Of a stretch of DNA of 64,000 nt, positions 1 to 14,489 are shown piece by piece. A program made the position numbers and the translations under genes. This DNA is from the human T2T-CHM13v2.0 reference genome, Homo sapiens. The stretch lies in the NCBI RefSeq assembly GCF_009914755.1, contig NC_060926.1; one strand, written 5' to 3'. The first letter of the stretch is position 1. The number at the start of each line of letters is the position of its first letter. Below the pieces are notes generated by a model. That model saw only the letters and a program-made list of their open reading frames with translations, had not been told where the DNA came from and did no database searches.

Positions 1-386
1 CTCAAAAGGAGAATAGTTATCTGCAGAAGATGGCATGGCCTTGCTCTAAAATCCTAGAGGACTCTGCTCTGATCCACCTATGGGGGCCTGCCAAAGGCTC
101 CAGTAAGCCTCCCTATCTGCCACTGACACCTCAAGCACCATGGGATCTGCTGGATGATATGGCCCAAGTGGCAGAGCAGCTTGCACAGCAGCCTAGATCT
201 GTTGCGGAGCCTTCTCCGCCTGGATTCCACTCCAAACTGGCAGCCTTTCGGGTCACTTGATAAATGGCCCAGAGTAACAAAGCCAAATGACGAATGTGTT
301 GCCTCCAAAATACAAATAGACCCACTGGGCGTTGTGCCTCTTTCTTGCTTGTAGGAGGGGCCAAATGCAGCAACTTATCTTTCACC

Positions 387-1350
387 TTAGGAGGAATATC
401 TCAACAGGCCCCACACCACTGGACCCCTAGAAATTACTGAGGTAGAAGGTCCCTGAAATTCAGTTGGATTTATTTCCCATCCTCTGGCACTCAAATGTCT
501 CACCAATAAGTCTAGTGTGTTTGCTGCTTCTTGCTCACTGGATCCAATCAGCATAATGTCATCAATGTAATGGACAAGTGTGATATCTTGCAGAAGTGAA
601 GTGATCATGGTCTCTCTCAATAAGATTATGACACAAAGCCAGAGAGTTGATATACCCCTGAGGTAGGACAGTAAAGGTGCATTGCTGGCCTTGCCAGCTG
701 AAGGCCAATTGCTTCTGGTGGGCCTTATGGACAGGAATGGAGAAGAATGCATTTGCCAAATCAGTGTCTACATACCAGGTACCAGGAGATGTGTTAATTT
801 GCTCAAGCAATAAAACCACATCTGGTACAACAGCTGCAATTGGAGTCACCACCTGGCTTAGCTTATGATAATCCACTGTCATTCTCCAAGAGCCGTCTGT
901 CTTCTGCACAGGCCAAATAGGAGAGTTGAACGGGGATGTGGTGGGAATCACCACTCCTGCATCTTTTAAGTCCTTGATGGTGGCACTAATCTCCACCATC
1001 CCTCCAGAGATGCAATATTGTTTTTTATTTACCATTTTTCTAGGTAGAGGCAGCTCTAATAGCTTCCATTTTGCCTTTCCCACCATAATATCCCTCACTC
1101 TACCAGTTAGGGGGCCAATGTGGGGGTTCTGCCAGCTGCTAAATATGTCCATGCCAATTATGCATTCTGGCACTGGGGAAATGACCACAGGATGAATTCA
1201 GGGACCCACTGGACCCACTGCAAGTCAGATCTGAGCTAAAACTCCATTAATTACCTGATCTCCACAAGTTTCTACTTTAAATGGAGGCCCACAATGACGT
1301 TTTGTGTCCTCTGGAATCAATGTCAGCTCAGAGCCAGTGTCCAGTAGTCC
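387..1350 (-). pseudogene. ERV-L protease/reverse transcriptase remnant
   Basis: ORFs 562..1188 and 387..752 in different frames. The YIDD catalytic motif lies near 552-572 and the DTG triad at 1333-1341. Confidence 0.9.
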
Positions 1351-2155
1351 CTGAAATGCCTATCATTTCTCTTTCACCAGAAGTCTCCTTGGGGAAGGAT
1401 GGAAGAAATATTAACAGCATAAATTGTCAGTAGTGTAGTGGGGTCCTTCCTTAAGGGGACCGGGACTCCCCTTCATTCAAGGGGTACTGGGTCTGTAAAC
1501 TGGATCAAGTCTGGAAATTGATTGAGGGGCCATGATTCTCTGTTTTTATAATCCAAATTGGTCTTTTGTCCATTTGACCTAGAAGTTTTCTGCTTATGTA
1601 AATTAAGGAGGAATGCAATAGGCTTCCTATTAATTTTAATTCTAGGAACACTGTGATTAATTAGCTAATGCCCAAACTCTACACAAGTCAGAGTATTTTT
1701 AATGCTGCTTTGCCTCTGCTGTTTATTACAGTAGCTATGCTCACCTTGATTTTGATGGTTCAGTGCCACCACTTGGCTTCTGCTGCCTGGGATCCAATTA
1801 TTCCCACTGTATTTAAATTTTGTAGTTGAGTGACTGTGGTTCCCACCGTTAGATCTGACATATGGAGAAGAGCAATTACAGGGTTTTTTAAAGATGCAGA
1901 TGCTGCCCTCATAAACTTATTTCACAAGGCATTGGTCAAGGGTATGTCTTCTAGACACTCCCAGCCGGGATGAGTATGTCTAAAGTGACTAACCCACTTC
2001 ATCATCCCAATCTCCCTAAGTCTTGGGATCTCTTCCTCTACATTAAACCAAGGGAGATCAGACATTTTCAGCTCACTCAGTGTGGGACATATTTTAATCC
2101 ATATTTTAGCTAACTAAGCAAATAAACTATTAGGATTTTTTATTTTTATCTATTT

Positions 2156-2280
2156 TTATTATTATTGTTATTATTATTATACTTTAAGTTTTAGGGTACA
2201 TGTGCACAATGTGCAGGTTTGTTACATATGTATACATGTGCCATGATGGTGTGCTGCACCCATTAACTAACTCATCATTT
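2156..2280 (-). mobile_element. Very short L1PA 3'-end fragment inserted in an Alu A-tail
   Basis: L1PA 3' terminus (ttatactttaagttttagggtacatgtgcaca...cccattaact) flanked by TTTATCTATTT at 2145-2155 and 2278-2288. Confidence 0.85.
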
Positions 2281-2288
2281 ATCTATTT

Positions 2289-2580
<292 letters not shown>

Positions 2581-3687
2581 TATTAGAATTTATTTTTAAC
2601 TTCCCGATCTGCAACATTAAATGCAGAGTCCCTACTTAGTGGGCCCAAATCAATCAGTTCAGCCTGATCCAACTCAATGTTCCATCCATCATTATCTCAC
2701 ACCCTTAATATTCATTCCCATGCTTGTTATCCAGATTTCTGCTTATATATATTAGAAAACTCAAGCAGTTGTTTTCAAGTGTAGCATACCTCCTCATGGG
2801 TCACACTCTGAACCTTACCTCTAGGAGCCCGCTGGGACTCTATTCTAGTTATAGGTCTAGAGGCAAACAGGTATTAGGGTTGGCTTGTGAAGATAATCAA
2901 CATTATCTTGCCTGGCAACTGCCTCAGGGGAGGCCATGACTGTTGCCTCAGGCAGAACAGGGTTTATTTCCTTAGACAAAGGTAGAAAGGCTGATGGCAG
3001 CATGGGTCGGGGAGGGGATGTTGCCACTACTAGGGATGGGGAAGCTGTTTCTTCTGGCAAAAAAGGTGCATCAGTGTTTACAAAGTCAGCGTTCCCAGCT
3101 TCATCAGGGTCCTCCCACACATCCTCATTCCAAGTTTTAGGGTGCCATTCTTTTCCAATCAATGCCCTCACTTTAACAGTAGAAACCTGGTGAGGCTGTG
3201 CATGCACCTTTCACTGCAGGTCAGCCACTTGCATGATAAGAGCTCGTGTCCTGTTTTCCACAATTTCAGCTCTTTCTCTATAGGAGGTAAGACTCTCACT
3301 CAGGGCAATCTAAGCAGATTTGAGGCTTAGTGTCTGCTTCTGAAACAGGGAGTTGCAATCCCTGAGTTCATAATTTTCTTTCATCACTTTGTCCACTGAA
3401 CTAGGAGCAACCAACCAGCTTCATTGTTTTTTGGTTCTCTACATACAGTCAAAGATATTATGTGCAGAGTCACTAAACTCCTTGCCTCACATGAGCTGTG
3501 AATCTGGAATGTCAAATGCATTTAGTTTGTATAACTCTCCAAACAGTTTACACCAAGGACTATCAGTGTTCTCCGTACTATTAGAAGTAGAGTCCTTAGC
3601 ATTTTGGGGTTTAATCATATTAAGCAGTCAACTTCAGAAACCCCCGAACCAATGAAAGAACACCATCCTTAATATTCTGTTTCTCTA

Positions 3688-3705
3688 GAACCACTCCTGG
3701 TACCA
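3688..3705 (-). promoter_or_regulatory. Primer-binding site complementary to tRNA-Leu(TAA)
   Basis: Minus strand reads TGGTACCAGGAGTGGTTC, 5 nt after the LTR end. It matches the 3' end of tRNA-Leu (..CCACTCCTGGTACCA). Confidence 0.85.
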
Positions 3706-3710
3706 AAATC

Positions 3711-4162
3711 TGTATTAGTCAGTGTTCTCTAGAGGAAAAGAACTAATAAGATAGTTAGATAGATATAAAGGGGAGTTTATTACGTATTCACTCACACACT
3801 CGCAATGTCCCACAGTAGGCCAGCTGCAAGCTGAGGAGCAAGGAGAGCCTATCCAAGTCCCAAAACTGAAGAACTCAGAGTCCGATGTTCAAGGGCAGGA
3901 AGCATCCAGCATGGGAGAAAAATGTAAGCTGGGAGGCTAGGCCAGTTTATTCTTTTCACATTTTTCTGCCTGCTTTATATTCTAGCCACACTGGCAACTG
4001 ATTAGATGGCACCCACCGAGATTAAGTTTGGTTCACCTTTCCCAGCCCACTGACTCAAATGTTAATCTCCTTTGGCAACACCCTCACAGACACACTCAGC
4101 ATCAATACTTTGCATCCTTCAATCCAATCAAGTTGACACTCAGTCAACACTTAATCATCACA
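3711..4162 (-). mobile_element. MLT2A-type 5' LTR of the HERV-L provirus
   Basis: TG..CA termini. Minus strand starts TGTGATGATTAA..GTGTCAACTTGATTGGATTGAAGGATGCAAAGTATTG and is directly followed by the PBS. Confidence 0.9.
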
Positions 4163-4740
4163 AGGTGGTATTTGGTTACATGAATAAGTTATTTAGTGGT
4201 GATTTGTGAGATTTTGGTGCACCCATCTCTGGAGCAGTATACGCTGAACCCAATTTGTAGTCTTTTTTCCCTCACCCTCCTCTCACCCTTTACCCTGCAT
4301 CTCCAAAGTTCATTGTATCATTCTTATGCCTTTGCATCTTCATAGCTTAGCTCCAACATATGAGTGAGAACATATGATGTTTGGTTTTCCATTCCCGAGC
4401 TACTTCACTCAGAATAAGTCTCCAGTTTCATTTAGGTTGCTGCAAATGCCGTTAATTTGTTCCTTTTTATGACTGAGTAGTATTCCATCATAAATAGACA
4501 CATTGACCAATGGAACAGAATAGAGAACCCAGAAATAAACCCAAATATTTACAGCCAACTGATCCTGGACAAAGCAAATAAAAACATAAAGTGGGGGAAA
4601 GGACTCCCTGTTCAAAAAATGGTGCTGGGATCAATGGCAAGCCACATGTAAGAGAAAGAAACTGGATCATTGTCTGTCACCTTATATGAAATAAACTCAA
4701 AATGGATCAAGGACTTAAATCTAAGACCTGAAACTATAAT
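4163..4740. mobile_element. L1PB-like element with 5' inversion (3'UTR on minus 4163-~4490, ORF2 piece on plus ~4490-4740)
   Basis: ggttacatgaataag..ttagtggtgatttgtgagattttggtgcacccatc 3'UTR, joined to sense ORF2 gaccaatggaacagaatagagaacccagaaataaa...ctaagacctgaaactataa. Confidence 0.8.
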
Positions 4741-7700
4741 GTCTTCATTTAATCTTCTGAAATTTGCTGAGGCTTGTTTTGTTTCATAACATATGATTTA
4801 TTTTGGGGAATGTTCCCTGCAGTCTTTAGAAGAATTTGTATTCTGTTGTTATCTGTTGGTTGGAAGATTCTATACATGTCTGTTAGATCCATTTTGTCTA
4901 CAATGTTTTTTGAACCAATTACTCCCTTATTAATTTTCTGTTTATAAGTAGAGTATTGAAAGTAGGGCATTGAAGTCCCACCTTGTTATTTAATTGTGAT
5001 CTATCTCTCTTTTCAGTTCTTTTAATGTTTGTTGAATATATATTTAGCTTTTCCAATTTTGGGTGCGGTGCATATATATTTACAACCGATATAACTTTTT
5101 GATGAATTGACCTCTTATCATTATATTATGTCCCTCTTTGTCTTTTTTTTTTTTTTTTACAATTTTTTACTTAAAGTCTATTTTTTTTTAAGTATAACTA
5201 TGCTGTCTATCTTTTGAGATTCACTTGTGTGGAATATCTTTTATATTCCTTCACTTTCAGTTATGTGTGCCCTTTATAGTGAAGTCAATCTCTTTTTAGT
5301 AACAGGTAGGTATTTTTTTTAATCCATTCAGTAACTCTATTTCTTTTTGTTGAGAAATGTAATAAATTTACATTCCAGGTAATTACTGACGAGTAAGGAC
5401 TTACTACTGTCACTTTGTTTTCTGATTGTTTTGTAGGTTTTTTTTTTCTTTCTCTCTTGCAGTCTTTCTTTGTGGTTCCATGGTTTTCTGTAGTGGTTCA
5501 TGCTTTAAATCATGTGTGTAATTCCTGCTTTGAATGCAGGCATTCATGCTTTGAATTCATTCTACTTTTTTTGTTTGTGCTCTACTAAAGATTTTTGCTT
5601 TTTTATTACCATGTTGTTTACTAGAACATCCTGTACTTATTGCATTCTATTTCAGTCTGATAAGAACTTAAATTTTATTGAATACAACAACTCTGGACTG
5701 TTACTCCTCCCTTCACAGTTTATGTTTTTGATGCCAGAATTGGTAACATTTTTATTATGTATCCCTTGATAATTTATTTTCGCTATAGTTGTTGTTTTGC
5801 ATTTTAATGCCCATACTAGGAATAAAATTGCATTACACACCTTACACACACATCATTAAAATCCTAGAGTACTCTGAAAATGTTGTTTTACTTATACCAT
5901 TAGGTTTTGTGCTTTTGTATGTTATTGTTGCAATTTAAATATTAATAACTCCCATTAAGATTCCTGTAAGGCAGGTCTAGTGATGTTATACTCCCTTAGC
6001 TTTTGTTTGTCTACAAAAGTTCTTATTTCCCCATGACTCTGAAAAGACAGTTTTACTGGATAAAGTATTCCTCATTCGCAGTTTTCTTTTTTCTTCAGCA
6101 CTTTGAATATATTATTCAAATTTCTCTTGGCCTGTAGGGTTTCTTCTAAGAAATATGTTGACAGTTCTATTGCCATTCATTTGTGTGAAATGTTTGTCTT
6201 GTTTCTTGCTACTCTCAGAATAGTTTCTTTGCTTTTGATAGTTTGATTATTATGTATCTTGTTGTAGTCCTCTCTGGGTTGAATTTGACTGAGCTCTGTG
6301 CTTCCCCTACCTGGGAGTTTACATCTATCCTTAGATTAGGGAAGTCTTCAACCATTATTTCTCTAAATATGATTTCTGGCTGCTCTTCTCTTTCTTCTCC
6401 TCCTGCAACTCTTATTATGCAAAGACTTGTTCTAGTGAAGGTGTCTGAATTTTTAAGAGGCTTTCTTTATTCTTTTTTATTCTTTTGTCTTTTTGCTCCT
6501 CTGACTGGATTATTTCAAATTGTCTGTTTTCCACTCACTGATCCTTTGATTTGTTTGTTCTATTCCGCTGTTTGAGCTTTCTGTTGAGTTTTTCAGTTCT
6601 GGTGTATTTTTTATCTCTAGGATTCCTATCTGATTCTTTTTTATTGATTCTATTTCTTTGTCAAACTAATCATTTTTGTGTATTGTTTTCCAAACTTTAT
6701 TACGTTTTTCATCCATATATCCTTGTACTTTACTGAGCTTTTTAAATGAGCATTATTGTGACTTCTTTTTCAGTCATTTCAATGATATTTATTTCTTTTG
6801 GATTTACTATTGTAGCTTTATTGTACATTTGGAGATGTTATGACTCCCTAATTCCTCATAATTCTTGTTTCCTTGCATTGTTGTCTGTACATTTGTGGAG
6901 ACTTCCCTCTCTTTTGTTTTTAAGGTTTTTTGTTTGTTTGTTTGTTTTTTTGTCAGGGATAGATCTTAACTATTTAATATAGCCTGTGATTCTGGAATGG
7001 CAATCTGGTAATAACCCTGGCCTGGTAGAGCTTGCTGTCAGTTTTCCAGTTGGCTTGGCTGCTACTTTAGCTGTGATGTCAGGTGGAGCTTCTGGTTGGG
7101 CTCTACTATCAGGCATAGCTTCTGTCTCAGGACTGCAGTGTCCTCTGGTCAGGCTGGTCACAGCATATATTACCTGGCAGGGCAATTCTGCTCTTTGCAA
7201 TCTGCAGTTGGGCAGGGCTGCAGGCTGGGCTTTGAGTTAGGTGCAGCTGCTACTTGGAGGGACAAATAGGACCAGAGTCTATGCTCATTAGAACTGGAAG
7301 ACTGAGAATAGTTTTCCTGTTAGGTTGAAGCCATGGGGTGAGCTTTTGGCTAAGTTGAGTGGCTGTTTGACTTTCCAGGTCAAACCAGTGTAGCCCCTTT
7401 ATTTCTCTGGAATGTATGGAGGTAGAAGTCTCCCTGGCTCAGCAAGGTCATTGGGTGGGCTTTTGTGCTGAGTGGAGCTACTGCATAACTTCCCAGGTCA
7501 AATCAGTTTAGCCTTTGTGCTTTTTGTAAAATATACAGAGGTGGGAGTCTTCCTGTCTTGGTCAATTCAAGGGCATGGACACTAGCTGCCTAGGGACCCA
7601 AGGTAAGTTAAACTTCCCACCATATTTTTGAAGGCAACTAGGTCAGTTTTTTAAGTGCACTGAGAAGTTGACTTGTAACTCTAATCTGGTGCCACAACTG

Positions 7701-8180
7701 GCAGGAAAACAGAGCAACCACCAAGATTCATGCGCTAGTCACTATGACCTGCACTTCCTTCCTTTGTTTCTGTCTGAGTCTGAGTATTCTTGCCATTCTG
7801 TTTTCCCTAGTGTTCTCCATGAGGTGAATTTAGCATGGACTTCCTGGAAAGAATGTTGGAATTCTAGGGAAGCTGGATGACTGCCTGTCATTTTCTTCTT
7901 CCTTTGTAGAAACTGTGGGTCAGGAAAATCCTCTCTGTCTGGTATTGTGCCGACTTGGGGAAGGGAATAAAGTGGTTTAGTTGAACTAAGACCATTCTTC
8001 TTACCCTTCTAAGTCAGATTTAATTCTGTTCTATGGAACATATGGATGTTTCAGACATATTTCCAAGTATTGGAATTTTCAGAAGGTTATTGTGGTCTGT
8101 GGAAAGTTGCTAGGTGAACTTTCTGTTGGGGGTGGGGAAGTGGAACTTGAGACTTTCTATTTTGCTATCTTGCTGATGCC
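4741..8180 (-). mobile_element. Old L1M element (ORF2 endonuclease, ORF1, 5'UTR remnants)
   Basis: Degenerate MDLTDMYRIFQP endonuclease peptide, T-rich L1 antisense composition, and a GC-richer 5'UTR-like part at ~6950-8150. Confidence 0.75.
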
Positions 8181-8189
8181 ACTATTTAT

Positions 8190-9655
8190 TTAGTCTTTTG
8201 TATCAGTATTAATGTATATACAATAGCGTACTGACATTTTGATTGGAATTGTGTTGAATTTATAGATCAAGTTGGGAGTAATTTATTCCACAGTGTTGTC
8301 TTCTAATCCATGAAAACACTATTTCTAAATTTATTTGGATGTTTGATTTGTTTTATCTGAATTTTGTAGTCTAACATATATAGATTTTATACATATTATG
8401 TAACATTTACACCTAAATGTTTAATTTTTTGGTGCTATTGTAAATTTAATTGTTAAATATTAAGAGTACATTTACTAAATGTTTATTGCCATATTTTGAG
8501 TTTTGTGTATTGTGACTTTGCTATAGTCACAATACTATAGCACCAAATACACAATACTATAGCACTATTTGCTATAGTCATTTATTGGTTTCGGGAATTT
8601 TTTTTTTCTATTGTAGATACATTGTGATTTTCTTCATAGACAATATGTCATGTGCAAGTAATGACAATTTTATTTCTTTCTTTCCAATCCATTAAACTGA
8701 TCTTTCTCTTTCTTGCCTTATTGGTCTGAGATCCAGTACAATGTTGACTAGAAGTGGTAGGAGAGGAATTCCTTGCCTTGATTCCAATCTTGTGGAGGAA
8801 ACCTTCTAGTCTTTTAATGTTCATTTTGTTGGTTTAGGTTTTTGTAAACATTTTTATTCAAGTCGAGGAATTTCTACAATAGTAATTCTTGATTTCTATT
8901 GTCTGAAAGATTTTATGGTGAATTGCTGTTGGATTTCGAAATTTTATGCATTAGTTAATAAGTTAATATGTGAATTTTTTTGGCCTGCTTATGTGGTGGA
9001 TTTCATTCATGTTTCAAATGTTGAATCGGCCATACATACCTAGATTAAATGTGTGCTACATGTTTATTTATTATATTTTTTTTGTGATGGATAGATTGAA
9101 ATAATCTTTTTTATTATAAATAAATTTAAGTAATCTAGGATAAAAAATAGCTTCAATTTTTATTCAAATTGGGTTTAGATTGCTGTTTTAGTACCATTTT
9201 GTCGAGGATTTCTGTGTCTATCTTCATAAGAGGTATTGGTCCATAATTTTTCTTTTTGTACTATTTTTTCTGGTTTGGTATTAAGGTAATGCTGGCATCA
9301 TAAAATATTTTAGGAAGTATTTCCTCTGCTTCTTCTTTCTGGAAAAATTGTGAGGAATTGGTATTCTTTTTTCTTAACTATTTGGTAGAATTCACCAATG
9401 AAACTACTGGGCCTGGTGCTTTCTTTGTTGGAAGTATAATTATTGATTCAACTTCTACAACAGGTATAGGATTATTCAGGTTATGTATTTATCCTTGTGT
9501 ATTTTGGTAGTTTTGTGTGTTTTGATAGTTTTGTGTGTTTTGATAGTTTGTGTATTTCAAGAAGTTTTTTTCATTGTAACTAAGTTATAAACTTGATAGA
9601 TGTAGCCTTGTTCATACTATTTCTTTATTGTCCTTTTGATGTTTATAACATCAGT
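8190..9655 (-). mobile_element. Old L1M ORF2 fragment
   Basis: Recognisable antisense ORF2 segments (ttgattggaattgtgttgaatttatagatcaagttggg; agaagtggtaggagagg; ggtattaaggtaatgctggc). Confidence 0.75.
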
Positions 9656-9659
9656 AGAA

Positions 9660-10050
9660 CTAATGATTTTCTCAAACTACAGATCTAAGTAGTGCAAGAA
9701 ACACTAACAGGATAAATACTAAAAGTGTACATTTAGTCACTTCGTATTCAAACTGTGGAAAACTAAAGACAAATTGAAAATCTTGAAGGCATCCAGGGGT
9801 GGGGGGTAAATGAAAAGGTACCTCACCTCTACAGGAACATGGATAAGAAATACAGCAACTTTCTCAATGCTAACTATGTGAACAAGAAGAGAATGGAATG
9901 GATTATTGAAGTATAGAAGGAAAAATGAATAATTTCATATCTAATAAAATTATCTTTCAAAACTGAAGAATAAACATTTTTAAACAAAAAGCTGAAGGAA
10001 ATTTTTTCTAGCAGACTTGTCCATAAGAAATTTTGTAATCTATAGAAACT
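9660..10050 (+). mobile_element. Old L1 ORF1 fragment
   Basis: Degenerate ORF1-like sense sequence (aaaatcttgaaggcatccag; aaaattatctttcaaaactgaag; aagctgaaggaattt). Confidence 0.6.
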
Positions 10051-10374
10051 TCTGAGATCAAGGAACTTGGAAATGGGACTATGGTGAACAGAAACACAGA
10101 GATGCATAGGTATGCTACCATGATGTCAGCATTGAGAAAGTATTTTTTTGTTCATGTGGACATAGTGTGTATTTCTATAAAGTTATATCTAAAACTGTTC
10201 AAGTAATGTTTCCTTGTTGATGCTACTATTATGGTTCAGTCTAGGGTGACCCTCAAATATTTGCAGGATGGGGATCAAGATGACAAAATAGACACTCCTA
10301 TTATTTGTCTAAATATTTCCTATTTATAAAATCAATAGAAAATTATTAAATATATATTAGACCCTTTTAAAAAG

Positions 10375-10890
10375 GCACACTGAATAACATGGCTACACAC
10401 TCAATAACATGGCTAAAATTAGAATGAATGATAATATCTTGCCCTGTGAAAGGTGTGTGGAGCAGCTGGAACTCTGACACATTTCTAGTGAAAAAGTGCC
10501 TTAGAGAACGGTTTGTCATTTCTTATAAAGTTAAGAAATGTACTACCATTTAATCCAGAAAATGACTATTGATACTCTCAAAATATAGATGACTCTTAAA
10601 AAACACTATGCTGAGGGAAGGGAATCAGGCACAAAAGGCTGTATAATTCTATGTGTACAAATGCGAGAAGAAAAAAATATAACTTATAGTGACAAAAGGC
10701 ATATATCAGCAGGTCTGAGAATTTGCGTGGGCTTCACACAGAAGGAGCACAAGGATTCCTTTAGAGTACAATGCATATTTTCTACATTTTAATTGGAGCA
10801 GTGTTTACATGGGTATATACATTTGTCTAAACTCATTGAACTGCAAACAAAAAATATTTTTTATTTTATTGCATTTGAATAATACTTTAA
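10375..10890 (+). mobile_element. L1ME-type 3' fragment
   Basis: gtggagcagctggaactct..., tttacatgggtatatacatttgtctaaactcattgaactg. Confidence 0.6.
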
Positions 10891-11809
10891 ATAAAGGTAG
10901 TTTGAAAAAATGTTTCTTAACTAAGAGGGCCAAGAATTAGCATTAAATTAGTGACAGATCTGGGTTTTATATTTTCCCCTACATTGCTTGAAGGTGCACA
11001 TAAATAGAATCTACATCATTATATTTTAAAAGAGATTTAATCATTCAGATGAGACCAATCTGGTTTCCATGGATGATAAGGAAGCTGTATATCTGTTATA
11101 CAGATGTGATTAAAAAAAGAAGTTAAAAAGAGAGAGATATGTCCTTAGGTTTCTAGCCAAAAGGAATATGTTCATAGTCTTTGAACAATGGATTCAGAAT
11201 TTGAATCGAGTATATTTCCTATTTTATATTAAATTACTCTGATGTAGCAATGTTTGCTGTTTTATATTTTGTTATAGATCTGCGTACAACAAATAATATT
11301 GCAAATAAAGCCAGTATTAAGTGGACTTCATTTCCTACAGAAATAATTATAGTTATTAAAAAATGACTTCTTTTCATTAGATGAGATATTTTGATTTTTT
11401 GATGCCTAGACCACCTGTTTTCTATTCTAACCAAGAAAAGTCATGGAATTAGAAAGTAGTAAAATATATACACTATTCTTGTAATATTACATACCTCTCA
11501 CTTGTAGGGAAAGTTTAATTAATTTTAATAGATATGGATTCTATGATTTAATATGAAAAATAATCAGTTTGGTATTAGAGACATTTTAAATCAATGACCA
11601 TGAGGTTAAGTTAAATCGATTAAGAATATATTGTGCTCTGAAAATTCTTCAATGAAATGTGATGCCCTTAAATTAATTTTAAATGTATACCATAGTTTTG
11701 ATTAGATGAGATTCTGAATTGAGTTTTAGATTGCTGTAGAACAAATAATGAAAGTAACTACATCAAAAGGAATACTACATAAGCCTTTCTGGAGAGATTT
11801 TGAACATTT

Positions 11810-12055
11810 AGTGGTAAATATTAATAACAAACTCTGAGGGTAGGCTGCCTGGGTTTCATTAGAATGTCACTTAGTAACTGGGAAAGCTTGGAAGATGAGT
11901 GAGCACAAGGGGCTTTCTCTTTTATCACACTGAGATGATTATAAATAATGCCCATCCCATAGACTTGTTATGTAGCTTAAATGAGTTAATATATGGAACA
12001 TTTTAGAACAGTGCCTAGCACATGAGCACAGCATAAGTGTTACCTCTTTCGTTAT
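11810..12055 (+). mobile_element. MIR
   Basis: ctgcctgggttt...aaatgagttaatatatggaacattttagaacagtgcctagcaca. Confidence 0.7.
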
Positions 12056-13214
12056 TGTATATGTTGGATGGGAACACAACTGGTCATTGAAATTTTCTAG
12101 TGGTACTAGCGAGAAAGGATATCAGAGAAGAAAATGAAAACTTTTGGTAGGTGAGGTAGAGCTATGGAATATGTTAATATTTAGGCTAAGATGCAAGAAA
12201 TAAAGGTAAAGGTTTTGTCAGTTTTCTTACTAGCATACTCCAAGAATCACAAATAGAGGCAGGCAAATAGTAGTCAACAAATACTTGTTGAATTGAATTG
12301 ATCTTTCCCAAAACTTAATGTTCAGTTATATCTGAATAGTTATAATTAAATGTGTAATTTACATAAAAATAGAACTTGGAACTATTTACTGAAAGGCTAC
12401 TGCAAACTTAAAAGGAAATTATGAATTAGATAATCTGCATGTACAAAAACGCAAAAAAGTGGAGCAAAGAGGAGGTGACAATAAGTCATTCTCATTAGAT
12501 GGGAAAAAATAGAAAGGGATGGAAAAACTCTAAGGAAAAAGATTTTTTGTCAATCTTAATGAATTAACTGTTAAACTTGACGAAGTTTGGTTTCATCTTC
12601 CCTGTTTCCTTTTTGTAATGTGAATCACTAAAAGATGACCAGTAAGAATGGAGGTTGGTAAATAACTACAGGAAAACTAAATTTTATAACTGTGCTTTGG
12701 ACCCCCACTCATAGCTTGCTTTAAAGTCCCAGGAAAAAATCTTTTTATAAGAGTAGAATGCCTTCATTTAATGACCTCAGATTCTTTCTTACAAAGGGTA
12801 CAATCTACCTTCTGTAATACCTCAGCCTGGGGATCCATGACTGTTTTTCAGTGGGTGAATATCCATTCAGGAGGGAGCACATGAGGTCTGTTAATAGCCA
12901 AAACAATAGTAAGTTGCTACTATCATGTGGTTCTGTTTAGTTGGGTGTGGTTACTGAAGACACAAAGCCAATTTATTGCATCACTCTCCCTTCCCTGCTC
13001 TTTCATCAATCTACTTTTTCCCAAGACCACATAATTTTACTTTTGGAATTATCATAAATGATTACTAAAATCATGGAGATGAATTTGCAAGACTGAATTG
13101 CAAGGTAAACTCAACTTTATTTTGTAACTAAAGGACAGCTAGGGTAAAAAAAAAATACTGGTGCCAAACAATTCTATATTCAAAACATGTTTGTGCATTA
13201 GAAATAAATTAATG

Positions 13215-13683
<469 letters not shown>

Positions 13684-14489
13684 TTATTCACTTGGGGGTC
13701 TCCCATATGGGAGTGCATGAAATACCACAGTACATGGGAAAAAAGAGGCCAGAGTGAAGAAATAGCGATATGAGGCAAAAAAACAATATCTGAGGGACAA
13801 TAATGTTTTTATTATGCTGCAATGGAATAAGAACCCATATTTGATCAATAAGCAATCTTAAAGGTCATTTCTAAAAGAATACTCAGCTGCAGCTTAAAAG
13901 ATAATTTTTAATTACTATTTTTACGTCTCTGGACTATAAAATTTAAAAAAAAGTTTCATATTAGTTTAGTGATGCAAGGAGAAAATATTAACCGAAAATT
14001 TAACAATATAATGATATATATTAGAGTTTTCCCTCCCCAGTAGCATGAATAAAGAGCCACTAAGCATAAATTGCAATGGTACCTAATGGGTAGTATTAAC
14101 CCATAATATAAATAGATATTAAAGCTGTTTTAAAAAGTGACCACTGATACGTATTTCTGTAGAGATCTTAACTGATTTCTAGACGTTGGAAGGCTACTGT
14201 GCCATAATAAACTACTTTTTTCTTGCTTGAATAAATTCACACTAAACATTCCTCAGAAGGTTCATAGTTATCTTGAAAGTCAAACATTATTGCAGAATCT
14301 TCAGAAGTAAATTAAAACCACATTGATTTTGTTTAAAGTAGCACAGGATTTAAACTAGCAGTGTTTATGTAAGGAAAATTAAGTACCTCCATAAGTAGTT
14401 GTGAAGAGGTGAAGAGGAAATATCAAATATTATAAAACAAAAAAAGGAGAGTCAATAAAGATATTTTAGACCTTCTAAAAATATAGGAA

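Noticed and set aside
562-1188. Domesticated or functional retroviral RT gene
   Set aside because: Frameshifted before the YIDD motif and embedded in a decayed provirus with insertions in gag.
3688-3705. tRNA-Leu gene fragment
   Set aside because: Only the 3'-terminal ~15-18 nt match, placed right after an LTR. It is the proviral PBS.
9508-9555. 18-bp tandem repeat, and similar small duplications near 10385, 42790, 44840 and 45040
   Set aside because: Ordinary slippage duplications, mostly within old repeats.
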